Source: Smithella sp. (GTDB lineage Bacteria; Desulfobacterota; Syntrophia; Syntrophales; Smithellaceae). Taken from it: a DNA stretch of 64,000 nucleotides. Within the stretch, counting starts at the first letter, position 1. Each line of letters begins with the position of its first letter. The translations under genes and the position numbers were made by a program. The notes beneath the pieces were generated by a model. The model was not told where the DNA came from, did not search any database, and saw only the letters and a list, made by a program, of their open reading frames with translations. Positions 16,763-26,398 of this stretch are shown here, in pieces. Location of the stretch: positions 3,539-67,538 of the forward strand of contig JBEKMY010000009.1 in the NCBI GenBank assembly GCA_049523355.1, written 5' to 3'.

Positions 16763-18397
16763 TTATTTTTTCATGAATGATCCGAAGAAGGCGCTGGTTA
16801 CTTTAATGAGACCGGCAAGGCGTTCCCCTAATCCTTTGCCGTTGAAAGCGTCTATAAGGCCTTTCATGCCTTCATACTGAATCTTTTCAAATGGATGCCA
16901 CCAGAAGTTTCTGCGAACTAAAGGCATCGTGCTCATTATGTCGTCCACTATAACCTGAGGTTGTGTCATTTCGGCAAATCCGATATCTCCGTGCGTCCTG
17001 CCGATACCACTCTCTTTGAAGCCGCCCCAGGGCGTTTCGGCAAGACCATGCGTCATTAAATGATCGTTGATGCTAATTGCGCCGGCCATAATCCTGCGGC
17101 CGATCCGTCTCGCTTTTCCCCTGTCTTTTGACCAGACTGAACCGGTCAGACCAAGATTGGAATCGTTAGCTAATGCTATAGCCTCATCAATTGTTTCAAA
17201 AGGCATTACTCCGACAATCGGTCCGAATGTTTCATCTTTCATTGTCAGCATGGTATGATTCACATCGGTCAGCACCATGCAGGGCATAAAATTCCCTTTA
17301 CTGTTTCCCGGAACTTTGGATTGCGCGAAGATTTTCGCGCCTTTCGCCAGAGCATCGTCAATATGCTCCTGAACGGTCTTCATTTGTTTTCTGGTAGTCA
17401 TGGCGCCGATGTCCGTCGTCGGGCATTTTCCTTCTCCAACACGCAGTCCTTCGACTCTTTCCTTTAATATCGCCAAGAATTCACGGTAGATTTTTTTATC
17501 CACATATATTCTCTCAACACCACCGCATGACTGGCCTGCGTTCTGCATGCCTGCCCAAACAGCTCCGCATGCGGCCCGATACAGATCCGCATCATCGCAA
17601 ACGATCATCGCGTCATTGCCGCCCAGTTCCAGAACAACCGGAATCAACTTCTCTGACGCTTTTTTCATTAGATATTTTCCCACGGGAACAGAACCTGTAA
17701 AAAACAGCTTATCAACGCCGGCATCTATAAACGCGTCTCCCGCCTTGCTTCCGGGTATATTAATATAAGTGAAAACATTTTCGGGAAGACCTGCGTATTC
17801 AATGCACTCTTTGAGTACATGACCGACTACCTGCGTTTCCGAGGCTGTCTTCAAAATAATTGCGTTTCCTGCCAGCAATCCCATGACCACTTCGGAAAAG
17901 GGAATTGCGAAAGGATAGTTCCATGGAGAAATAATACCCACTACACCAAAGGGCGTCCGGGCAATGCTGCTGCGCTTGTTCATCAGCATAATGTTGCCTG
18001 CTTTTATTTTTCTGTCTGCCAAAAACCTCGCGGCATTTTTACAGTAATATGCTGTTGCCAGCGCCGCAGGAGCCACTTCCGCTACCATTGCGTCGCAAGG
18101 CGTCTTCCCATTATCCTGCGAAATTATCTCTGTTATTTTTGCCGAATTTTTCTGAATGTATTCGGCAAATTTCATTACATATCGGATTTTGTTTTTGAGA
18201 GGCAGCGCCTGCCAGGCGGGCTGAATGCGCCGGGCATTTTTTACCGCAGTTATTACATCTTCTACCGTATTTATCGGATATTTGGCAATCACTTCGCCCG
18301 TCGCTGGATTGGTACAGACTGTCATCTCTTTTCCTGAAACAGGAATTTCTCTGACGACTTCTGAGTTTTTTTCAACGCCTGAAGTTTGTAAATTCAT
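16763..18397 (-). CDS. aldehyde dehydrogenase family protein with C-terminal extension
   Basis: ALDH motifs (FTGS, ELGGND, catalytic Cys region GQSCGG, PFGG-like EAPWGGFKESG). Start ATG 18397 follows GAGGAGG. Confidence 0.85.
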   Translation of the reverse strand: MNLQTSGVEKNSEVVREIPVSGKEMTVCTNPATGEVIAKYPINTVEDVITAVKNARRIQPAWQALPLKNKIRYVMKFAEYIQKNSAKITEIISQDNGKTPCDAMVAEVAPAALATAYYCKNAARFLADRKIKAGNIMLMNKRSSIARTPFGVVGIISPWNYPFAIPFSEVVMGLLAGNAIILKTASETQVVGHVLKECIEYAGLPENVFTYINIPGSKAGDAFIDAGVDKLFFTGSVPVGKYLMKKASEKLIPVVLELGGNDAMIVCDDADLYRAACGAVWAGMQNAGQSCGGVERIYVDKKIYREFLAILKERVEGLRVGEGKCPTTDIGAMTTRKQMKTVQEHIDDALAKGAKIFAQSKVPGNSKGNFMPCMVLTDVNHTMLTMKDETFGPIVGVMPFETIDEAIALANDSNLGLTGSVWSKDRGKARRIGRRIMAGAISINDHLMTHGLAETPWGGFKESGIGRTHGDIGFAEMTQPQVIVDDIMSTMPLVRRNFWWHPFEKIQYEGMKGLIDAFNGKGLGERLAGLIKVTSAFFGSFMKK

Positions 18398-18512
18398 AAT
18401 ACCTCCTCTCTGGATATTGATGTTATTTTGTAAGATAATTTCTTTTAGTATCAGGGACAAGATCGGATTTCTAAATTTGGAAAACAGTTTAATGAATTAT
18501 GTGCATGGTCTT

Positions 18513-18552
18513 TATTAATACTTCTTCCACTATATTAATACTTCTTCCACTA
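18513..18552. repeat. exact tandem 20-bp direct repeat upstream of the ALDH gene
   Basis: tattaatacttcttccacta occurs twice back to back, about 115-155 nt upstream of the ALDH start. Confidence 0.8.
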
Positions 18553-19029
18553 TTTTTATTGTTTGGGTGTGGTCTTAAAGCAGTTTCTTTTTCGTTTTGG
18601 AAAATATATCATTTAACAGTAGAACATATGTTGTAAATAGCATTTATGATAAATGATATAATATAATACGGGTTAATACAGCAACACTAGTTGTGCTGTC
18701 AATAAAAAATCATATTTTAAAAAGTGGTGTAAATTTAATAAGATTTAACGGTTCATCATATTAATTTTCGGAATGTCACTTGAAGAAGAAACTGGTCGAA
18801 ACCGGCGTCAAGAAAAAATCCCTGCACCTCACATCGGAGGCAAGGGCAATCATTGAAAGATTTGGAAAACTTGAAAAAAACGTGAAAAATGTTTTACATA
18901 AGGCTGACAAGGACTTTAAAAATTTGTTTTAAATGGCGGAAAGTAAATCCAAATTACAATAATCACAACTTTGAAGAAATATTCCCGTGCATTTTAATAA
19001 TGCGTAAAAAGTCTTTTTAAAAGAACAAA

Positions 19030-19671
19030 TTATTCCTTTAAACCCTTTATAATAACATCCAAACTATTTTGAACTGTGGAATGGATTCTTTCCATACGCT
19101 TTATCGGATTGCCCGTAAAAAGATAAAGCGAAATAACGCCGTTTAACATACCCCAAATTGCATTTTGTATCTGTCGGATGTTTTTTATGGGAAAAAATTC
19201 ACCGGAATCTATACCCTTCTGGATAATTTCAGAAATAGGCTTAATATTTTCATTTGTTGATCTAATCAGTTCATTACTTTGCTTATCCGTTAGATGCATC
19301 TGGCCTGTTTGCATCATGAAAGTCATAAGTATTCTAAAAAGTTCCTTATCATTTAGAAAATAATCAACATAAATCCGGGAGAATTCCTGCAAAAGTTGCG
19401 AAGCCGAAGCTTCTATGGATGAGAAATTTCTTATTCTTTCATTAAGCGCGATATTATCGGCAATTAAGATTTGAGTATATATCTCTTCTTTACTGTCAAA
19501 ACAAAGGTAAATTGATCCTTTGCTAACTTCAGATTTGGCAGCAATACTATCAACGGTTACAGCCTTGAATCCCCGATCCAAGAAAAGTCTCCGCGCTGCT
19601 TTCAAAATTGTATTTCTTCGACTTTCTTTTCCTTTTTCTTTCTTTTTTCTTCTTTTTTCTTCCACGCTCAA
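19030..19671 (-). CDS. TetR/AcrR family transcriptional regulator
   Basis: ILKAARRLFLDRGFKAVTVDSIAAKSEVSKGSIYLCF helix-turn-helix region. Confidence 0.85.
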   Translation of the reverse strand: MSVEEKRRKKKEKGKESRRNTILKAARRLFLDRGFKAVTVDSIAAKSEVSKGSIYLCFDSKEEIYTQILIADNIALNERIRNFSSIEASASQLLQEFSRIYVDYFLNDKELFRILMTFMMQTGQMHLTDKQSNELIRSTNENIKPISEIIQKGIDSGEFFPIKNIRQIQNAIWGMLNGVISLYLFTGNPIKRMERIHSTVQNSLDVIIKGLKE

Positions 19672-19851
19672 TTTAGTCGCCTTTATTCAACATGATATTG
19701 ATTCCTGATACAGACCGTTAAAAATTTTTCAGGAAGTTATTATTTTACCCATATTTACTTATTGTAAATGCATAAATTAATATCCGTATTGTGTCAAGAA
19801 AAAATCAGACCTTACAATAATATTTAATCTTCAATTATTTTTCTTACTTAA

Positions 19852-19965
19852 TTGAAGCTCTCCGCGGCAAGCCGCGGAGAATCTCCGATTCTTAAAGTAA
19901 ATTATAATTCTATATTCGCTCGCTTACCCCGCAGCAAACTACGGAGAGTGCGCTCGCTACCGAAT
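19852..19965. repeat. GC-rich hairpin-containing intergenic element
   Basis: ctccgcgg-caag-ccgcggag perfect hairpin plus the related ccccgcagcaaactacggagag. It is a GC-rich island in an AT-rich spacer. Confidence 0.4.
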
Positions 19966-20187
19966 TCAATTTTTTCCGGATCTTTGATAAGCATTTTCAA
20001 AAGCGGACGCTGGCAGACGCTGATTGACATTACATACATCAATGTATAAGAATAGTGATCTCGATAAACAAGTTGAAATTCATCTTGACTTTATTTTACC
20101 TTGCGTCTAAGTTTAAACACTTTCATAATTGTGATTTGCGAAAGGAAAAGTTGAATTTAGACATTTTGAAGTACAAAGTTAATCCGT

Positions 20188-20272
20188 TATATTCTTTAAA
20201 GTTTAGTGGATTTTCAATCCTGTAAAGATAAATCTAATATTCTTTAAAGTATTTCAGATTTTCAAATCCTGT
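20188..20272 (+). repeat. duplicated ~36-nt module in the csp 5' leader
   Basis: atattctttaaagtttagtggattttcaatcctgt (20188-20223) versus atattctttaaagtatttcagattttcaaatcctgt (20236-20272). Confidence 0.7.
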
Positions 20273-20322
20273 CATGGTGTTAATTCGACTTGGAAAAATC
20301 TATTAAAGGAGTTTGAGCAACT

Positions 20323-20523
20323 ATGCCGGAAGGGAAAGTAAAATGGTTCAACGCAAGCAAGGGATTTGGTTTTATCGAAAATGATGAGGGTGGAGATGTC
20401 TTCGTTCATTTCAGCGCCATTCAATCAGAAGGTTTTAAATCACTGACTGAGGGGCAACGTGTATCTTTCGATATACAGAAGGGCAAAAAAGGCCTGGAAG
20501 CGGAAAACGTAAAACCGCAATAA
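20323..20523 (+). CDS. cold-shock protein (CspA family)
   Basis: [15 protein letters not shown] (RNP1) and DVFVHFSAI (RNP2) motifs, 66 aa. Confidence 0.95.
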   Translation: MPEGKVKWFNASKGFGFIENDEGGDVFVHFSAIQSEGFKSLTEGQRVSFDIQKGKKGLEAENVKPQ

Positions 20524-20533
20524 GCATACAGCA

Positions 20534-20571
20534 AAAAACACTCCCGAATATTTATAACGGGAGTGTTTTTA
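20534..20571 (+). terminator. rho-independent terminator of csp
   Basis: acactcccg-N11-cgggagtgt followed by TTTTT. Confidence 0.8.
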
Positions 20572-20602
20572 TATTTATACCACTTCTAGATAAAAGCGCT
20601 AT

Positions 20603-20670
20603 CTTTGTTGGTGTCGTTGTCGGCTTCCTCAACTGCTATGCGCCTTGTTGTCTACATCCATCAAACTCGA
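20603..20670 (-). repeat. MITE-like intergenic repeat, copy B
   Basis: ctttgttggtgtcgttgtcggcttcctcaac...gcgccttg..., matching copy C and the reverse complement of copy A. Confidence 0.6.
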
Positions 20671-20848
20671 ATTTCCGATTACTCTCAGGCTAAATAAATT
20701 TAATGGGGAAAAGCTTCAAAGCAAATCCAAAATTGCTTATATTTTTTTCTTTAATATATCTTGACAAAATCAAAAGATTTGAGTTAGTGCCTTTTAGTTT
20801 CAATCGTGGTTATTCTTAATTATTCCTAATAATACGGGAGGGTTAATT

Positions 20849-22531
20849 GTGTATTTCTCGAAGGAAACGCAAGAAACGTCTTTGAAACTCAGCCGGAAAT
20901 GGGAAGATAAAGTTCAAAAGTCGTTAAAAAATAATCCGGATCAAAAAGAACGCTTCTCCAGCGTATCGGATATGGAAATCAAAAGACTCTATACTCCGGA
21001 AGATATTAAAGATATTAATTACTCTGAAGCCATCAGCGTTCCCGGTGAATTCCCTTATTTGCGCGGCAATCAAGTCACCGGTTATCGGGGGCGTTATTGG
21101 ACGTTCCGTATGTTTTCCGGTATGGGCAGTGCGCAAGACACCAATAAGCGCTGGAAAATGCTCCTGCGCGAAGGTCAAACCGGACTTAGCACCGCTTTTG
21201 ATTTTCCGACTCTCATGGGATACGACAGCGACTCGCCCAAAGCCCTAGGCGAAGTTGGCAAATGCGGTGTTGCCATAGACACTCTGGAAGATTTCATGAC
21301 TCTTATGGAGGACATTCCTCTTGATGAAGTTACCACCTCCATGACTATCAACCCTCCGGCAACAGTTTTATTTGCTATGTATTGCGCGGCAGCGGATATT
21401 AAAGGCGTGCCTCTAACCAAAATAGGCGGCACTATTCAAAATGATATGCTCAAGGAATTCATCGCGCAAAAAACTTTCATGTGCCCGCCTGAACCTTCCG
21501 TAAAGCTAATCAGTGATACCGTCGAATTCGGCACAAAGTTTGTTCCGAACTGGAATACGATCAGCATTAGCGGTTATCATATTCGTGAAGCAGGTTCCAC
21601 AGCCGTTCAGGAGCTGGCTTTTACAATCCGCGACGGCATCGAATATGTGGAAGACGTAATTCGCCGCAAAAAAATGAACGTTGATGATTTTGCTCCCAGG
21701 CTGTCTTTCTTCTTCAATTCGCACATTGATTTTTTCGAGGAAATCTGCAAAATGCGGGCCGCGCGCCGCCTATGGGCAAAAATCATGCGCGATCGTTTTC
21801 ATGCTAAAGATCCGCGTTCCATGTGGTTGCGCTTTCACACGCAAACAGCGGGATGTTCGCTGGCAGCTCAACAACCTTATAACAACGTTATCCGCACAAC
21901 AGTAGAAGCCTTGGCCGCTGTCCTGGGCGGCACTCAATCTCTGCACACCAACTCGCTGGATGAAGTGTTTTGTCTGCCTTCCGAACATGCTGCGGAAATT
22001 GCCCTGCGCACACAGCAGATTCTGGCAGAAGAAACCGGAGTGGCCAACACAATCGATCCTTTGGCGGGCTCTTACTTTATTGAAACCATAACGAATCAAA
22101 TAGAAGAGGGCGCATGGGATTACATCCGTAAAATTGATGATATGGGTGGAATGATTGCCGCCATAGAAAAAGGTTTTCCGCAAATGGAAATTGCCGAATC
22201 AGCATATAAATTTCAGAAACAGCTGGAAAGAGGCGAAAAAATCATGGTGGGAATGAACAAATATGTAAGCAACAATGAATACTCCATCCCGCTTTTGGAA
22301 ATCGAAGAAAGAATCAGCGAGGAACAGATAAAAAGGCTCAATGATGTACGCCGTAAACGCAACAATAACGCTGTCAAAAAGTCTCTCGACCATATAAAAA
22401 ATTCCTGCAAAAAAGGGGAAAACGTAATGCCGCATTGTATTGAGGCGGTAAAAGCTTTGGCAACTTTACAGGAAATATGCGATATCTACCGTGAAGTTTA
22501 CGGGGAGTATAGAGACCCGGGATTGTATTAA
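20849..22531 (+). CDS. B12-dependent acyl-CoA mutase, large (substrate-binding) subunit, ICM-like
   Basis: Motifs LRG..VTGYRGR.WT, GLSTAFDFPTLMGYDSD and GTIQNDMLKEFIAQK. GTG start after GGGAGGG. Confidence 0.85.
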   Translation: MYFSKETQETSLKLSRKWEDKVQKSLKNNPDQKERFSSVSDMEIKRLYTPEDIKDINYSEAISVPGEFPYLRGNQVTGYRGRYWTFRMFSGMGSAQDTNKRWKMLLREGQTGLSTAFDFPTLMGYDSDSPKALGEVGKCGVAIDTLEDFMTLMEDIPLDEVTTSMTINPPATVLFAMYCAAADIKGVPLTKIGGTIQNDMLKEFIAQKTFMCPPEPSVKLISDTVEFGTKFVPNWNTISISGYHIREAGSTAVQELAFTIRDGIEYVEDVIRRKKMNVDDFAPRLSFFFNSHIDFFEEICKMRAARRLWAKIMRDRFHAKDPRSMWLRFHTQTAGCSLAAQQPYNNVIRTTVEALAAVLGGTQSLHTNSLDEVFCLPSEHAAEIALRTQQILAEETGVANTIDPLAGSYFIETITNQIEEGAWDYIRKIDDMGGMIAAIEKGFPQMEIAESAYKFQKQLERGEKIMVGMNKYVSNNEYSIPLLEIEERISEEQIKRLNDVRRKRNNNAVKKSLDHIKNSCKKGENVMPHCIEAVKALATLQEICDIYREVYGEYRDPGLY

Positions 22532-22548
22532 CAACTTTCTTTGGCTAA

Positions 22549-22636
22549 CTTTGTTGGCAGTGTCGTCGGCTTTCTAAACTCATTAGTAATGCGCATGCCG
22601 AGCATCATCCTTGCCGCCCAGTTATCTTTTGAAAGC
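22549..22636 (-). repeat. MITE-like intergenic repeat, copy C (inside the mutase operon)
   Basis: ctttgttggcagtgtcgtcggctttctaaac...ccttgccgccc.... It fills most of the 149-bp gap between the mutase subunit genes. Confidence 0.6.
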
Positions 22637-22680
22637 AAGCGGGTATAAATAATTTTATCATAGTATTTCAGGAGATAGAT

Positions 22681-23082
22681 ATGCAGGAAAGAAAAATTCG
22701 CGTGATGGTTGCCAAACCGGGGCTTGATGGCCACGATCGCGGCGCCCGTATTCTCGCGCGTTGTTTCCGTGATGCCGGATTTGAAGTTGTTTACACGGGC
22801 TGTCATCAAACACCTGAACAAATTGTGTCGGCCGCTATTCAGGAAGATGTTGATGTGGTAGGTTTGAGCTGTCTTTCCGGTGCTCACCGCATACTTTTCC
22901 CGCGTGTCGTTGAACTTTTGCGCGAAAAAGACGCTTCCGATATCACTGTCATCGGCGGCGGTATTATTCCCGAACAGGATTTACCTGTACTTTACAATGC
23001 CGGCATCAAAGCGATTTTCACTCCCGGCGCCTCGCTTGATTCCATTGTGGAATGGATTAAAACAAATATAAAACCGCAATAG
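22681..23082 (+). CDS. acyl-CoA mutase small subunit (cobalamin-binding domain)
   Basis: DGHDRGA (DxHxxG) base-off/His-on B12 motif, 133 aa. Confidence 0.9.
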   Translation: MQERKIRVMVAKPGLDGHDRGARILARCFRDAGFEVVYTGCHQTPEQIVSAAIQEDVDVVGLSCLSGAHRILFPRVVELLREKDASDITVIGGGIIPEQDLPVLYNAGIKAIFTPGASLDSIVEWIKTNIKPQ

Positions 23083-23101
23083 ACGTCCTTTGTAAACAAT
23101 T

Positions 23102-24076
23102 ATGGATTCAATAATAAAAAAAATCTGCGACGGCAATGTACGCTCGGCCTCCCGCCTCATCAGAGATATAGAAGACAAGCTTCCAAGCGCTAAAGCAAAA
23201 ATAAAAAAACTTTACGCCCATACCGGCAAATCCTTCATTATCGGAATAACCGGAGCGCCCGGCGCGGGCAAGAGCACTTTAACGGATGCTTTAATCACCG
23301 AATTGCGCAAACAACATAAGACCATCGGCGTATTGGCAGTTGATCCAACCAGTCCTTTTACCGGAGGAGCGATTCTGGGAGATAGAATCCGCATGCAGCG
23401 TCATGCTGAAGATTCCGGAGTTTTTATCCGGTCGCTGGCCACCCGCGGTGCGCTAGGAGGTCTTTCCGGGGCTGCGGGCAATGCCATTCACATCATGGAA
23501 GCGATGGGCAAAGATATTATTATTGTGGAAACCGTAGGCATCGGCCAGCAGGAAATCGATATTGTTAATCACGCGCACAGCGTTGTGGTTGTTCTTGTTC
23601 CCGGCATGGGCGATGAAATTCAAACGATGAAGGCCGGATTAATGGAAATAGCCGATGTCTTTGTCGTCAATAAAGCTAATCGAACCGGCGCTAAACAATT
23701 ACAAATGGAATTAGCTTCAATGCTTAATTTATCGCCTAAAACCGCTGACGGATGGAAACCACCAATAGTGATGATTGGAGATGCCTTTGATCCAACTGCA
23801 TTTGCCGAAGATACCGCCCAGCTGGCAAAAAAAATAGGGGCGCATCATATTTATCTGCAACAAAGCGGAAAATTTAACGAAAGAATGCACAGAAAAGCAA
23901 TGGCGGAAATTAAAGACGCACTGAGTTCATGTCTTCTGGAACCGGTTTTGCATTCTGTAATTAAAAGCGGTGAATTGGAGAAATATTCCGAAGATATAAA
24001 AAACAGAAAAGCTGATCCCTATTCCGTGGCGGAAGAAATCACTGATAAGTTTTTTCAAAAGCGGAGTAAAGCATGA
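23102..24076 (+). CDS. meaB: mutase-associated G3E GTPase MeaB/ArgK
   Basis: P-loop GITGAPGAGKST. Family pattern AVDPTSPFTGGAILGDRIRM, VETVGIGQ. Confidence 0.9.
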   Translation: MDSIIKKICDGNVRSASRLIRDIEDKLPSAKAKIKKLYAHTGKSFIIGITGAPGAGKSTLTDALITELRKQHKTIGVLAVDPTSPFTGGAILGDRIRMQRHAEDSGVFIRSLATRGALGGLSGAAGNAIHIMEAMGKDIIIVETVGIGQQEIDIVNHAHSVVVVLVPGMGDEIQTMKAGLMEIADVFVVNKANRTGAKQLQMELASMLNLSPKTADGWKPPIVMIGDAFDPTAFAEDTAQLAKKIGAHHIYLQQSGKFNERMHRKAMAEIKDALSSCLLEPVLHSVIKSGELEKYSEDIKNRKADPYSVAEEITDKFFQKRSKA

Positions 24077-24687
24077 AAGCTGTAAAAAGTAAAAAACGAG
24101 ATGTCTCTAAAGTTATCAAAAAGAAATCTTTGTCCGCAAAAATAACTAAAAAACCTGTCGTCACAAAGGACAGAGGATTGGTTATGGTTATCACAGGCAA
24201 CGGCAAAGGAAAAACAACCGCCGCATTCGGTCAGGCACTGCGAGCCATCGGACAAAATTACAATGTTTTCGTCCTGCAATTTATGAAAGGAAGAAAATAT
24301 GGTGAATTCATTGCCGCAGAAAAATATCTTCCCCGTTTAACCATACGCATGTCCGGTCTGGACAGCTTTGTCATGCGAGATAATCCGGCGGCAGTTGATA
24401 TTGAATTGGCGAAAAAAGGATTGGACACTGCCAGAAAGGCAATCATGAGCGGCAAATATGATATGGTTATTCTTGACGAAATCAATGTTGCTTTGGATTT
24501 TAAACTTATCACTTTAAAGGAAGTGATCGACTTGATTAAAAATAAACCGCCAGCAGTTAACCTGATTTTAACCGGCCGCTATGCGCCGGAAGGCATTATT
24601 AAACTCGCCGACACCGTAAGCGATGTCAAAGAAATAAAACATCATTATGCCGCCGGGATCAAAGACCGCGCTGGAATAGAATATTAA
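24073..24687 (+). CDS. cob(I)yrinic acid a,c-diamide / corrinoid adenosyltransferase (CobO/BtuR type) with basic N-terminal extension
   Basis: GNGKGKTTAAFG P-loop and DEINVAL motif. ATGA overlap with the meaB stop. Confidence 0.85.
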   Translation: MKAVKSKKRDVSKVIKKKSLSAKITKKPVVTKDRGLVMVITGNGKGKTTAAFGQALRAIGQNYNVFVLQFMKGRKYGEFIAAEKYLPRLTIRMSGLDSFVMRDNPAAVDIELAKKGLDTARKAIMSGKYDMVILDEINVALDFKLITLKEVIDLIKNKPPAVNLILTGRYAPEGIIKLADTVSDVKEIKHHYAAGIKDRAGIEY

Positions 24688-24790
24688 TTCCCAATTTTCC
24701 ATTAAAAAGCTGTTGTTTTGGACTGGTTTTTTAACTGATTAGAGTATATAAAAATGTTGATTTCTCGATTGCAAAAGGAGATTTTGAAAA

Positions 24791-25249
24791 ATGTATGAAA
24801 TGGTACCCGTAGAAAAATTAAAAACAATGATTGGTCAGGATAACGGCGTAAGCGATTGGGTTCTCATTGATCAGGAAAGGGTCAACCGGTTTGCCGATGC
24901 CACTGATGACCATCAGTGGATTCATGTGGACGTCGAACGGGCTAAAAATGGTCCTTTCGGCGGCACTATAGCGCACGGATTCTTAACGCTATCCATGACT
25001 TCCTTTTTCGGCAGTTCGGGGAAATATCTGCCGGAAGGAATGAAGATGGTTATAAACTACGGCTTGAACAAGGTGCGTTTCATCGCTCCTGTTCGCGTAG
25101 GGTCGAAAATACGCTCCAAAATGGTTATTTCCGGCGTTGAGGAAAAAGAACCAGGACGAATTCTTATGACAACCACTCATACAATTGAAATTGAAGGGCA
25201 GGATAAACCGGCGTGCATTGCTGAGGGATTGGCAATGTTCATGGTCTGA
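24791..25249 (+). CDS. MaoC-like (R)-specific enoyl-CoA hydratase (hot-dog fold)
   Basis: FADATDDHQWIHVD..A....FGGTIAHG motif. Confidence 0.8.
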   Translation: MYEMVPVEKLKTMIGQDNGVSDWVLIDQERVNRFADATDDHQWIHVDVERAKNGPFGGTIAHGFLTLSMTSFFGSSGKYLPEGMKMVINYGLNKVRFIAPVRVGSKIRSKMVISGVEEKEPGRILMTTTHTIEIEGQDKPACIAEGLAMFMV

Positions 25250-25301
25250 TATCAAGTCATCTGAAAATTACTATCTTGTAGATGGTAATTACCGGCAAGA
25301 T

Positions 25302-25345
25302 AAAAAAACCTCCGTTCCCTTTTCTTTAGGAAACGGAGGTTTAAA
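25302..25345. terminator. bidirectional terminator between convergent genes
   Basis: aacctccgtt-N15-aacggaggtt, flanked by an A-run on the left and T/A on the right. Confidence 0.7.
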
Positions 25346-25368
25346 TTAATTAAACCAACTTGATGTAT

Positions 25369-26136
25369 TTATTCGCCCTTGAAATTCGGTTCGCGTTTCT
25401 CAAAGAAAGCTGTCATCCCTTCTACGGCGTCTTTACTGATTTTTAGTTTTTCAATCCACTTCTTGTCGGATTCAAGACCTGCATCCAATCCCTTTTCTAA
25501 ACCAATAGCCATTCCCTGAAGCACCGCGCTCACAGCGAGAGGAGGTCTCTTTGAAATAGCAATCGCGTAATCTATAGCTTCTTTAATTAAATCGGCGGCC
25601 GGGCAAACCTTATCCACGAGGCCAAGAGCCAGCGCGTCGGCTCCGTTGACTTTTTTGCTGAAAAAAATAAAATCCAAAGCTTTAGATTTACCGATTATTT
25701 TCGGCATTCTCTGTACGCCGCCCCAACCGGGGATAATGCCAAGATTAAGTTCCGGACATCCGATCTGGGCTTTAGGATTGTCAGTCATGTAACGAAAATG
25801 GCAGGCCATTGCCAGTTCACATCCGCCGCCAAGGGCGTGTCCGTTTATAGCCGCGATGAAAGGTTTGGTAGAGCGTTCAATTCTGTTATAAACGTCGTTG
25901 CCGTTGGGTCCTTTGTCAATATTTTCGATGTCTGAAACATCCATGCCCGCGCAAAAAGCCTTTTCTCCGGAACCGGTAATAATGACAACTCTGGTATCCT
26001 TACTTTTCTCTATCTCAGTTACAAGTTGATCCAACTCTTCGCGTATGCCAATATTTACAGAATTCATTGGCGGACGATTCAGTGTCACTGTAGTTACGAA
26101 ATCCTTCGTTGAAACGGTGATATTATTATAAGCCAT
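25369..26136 (-). CDS. enoyl-CoA hydratase (crotonase)
   Basis: FCAGMDV, AAINGHALGGGCELAMACHFR and the downstream PE.. Glu pattern. Confidence 0.85.
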   Translation of the reverse strand: MAYNNITVSTKDFVTTVTLNRPPMNSVNIGIREELDQLVTEIEKSKDTRVVIITGSGEKAFCAGMDVSDIENIDKGPNGNDVYNRIERSTKPFIAAINGHALGGGCELAMACHFRYMTDNPKAQIGCPELNLGIIPGWGGVQRMPKIIGKSKALDFIFFSKKVNGADALALGLVDKVCPAADLIKEAIDYAIAISKRPPLAVSAVLQGMAIGLEKGLDAGLESDKKWIEKLKISKDAVEGMTAFFEKREPNFKGE

Positions 26137-26398
26137 ATTTATCCTCCTGATTTTTTTTAGATAATGATCATAAAATCATTTTTTTTATTATTTAACAAAA
26201 ATATGAAACCTGTCAAGCACAATCACGGATATTAACCGCTGAAGATAAATAAAAAAAAAGAACAAATCATTTGCCTGCTTAGATTATCGGATGATATATT
26301 CCTGATAAAATTAGAGATTAATCATAAAACATTGACATGTATTTTTGATTATACGATTTTAATTATTCGTCGCTTATCAAAGGAGTAAAACAGGCTAA

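Noticed and set aside
17819-18337. 172-aa plus-strand ORF within the ALDH gene
   Set aside because: It is an antisense shadow ORF, Cys/Arg-rich and low-complexity.
18781-18932. Possible remnant of a small winged-helix (ModE-like?) gene: ..LKKKLVETGVKKKSLHLTSEARAIIERFGKLEKNV..
   Set aside because: It has no start codon in frame. The similarity is only impressionistic, and the upstream ATG frame terminates after 27 codons. This is too weak to call even as a pseudogene.
19852-20049. 65-aa ORF MKLSAASRGESPILK...
   Set aside because: It reads through a GC-rich hairpin repeat element, has no RBS, and has the typical repeat-derived pseudo-ORF appearance.
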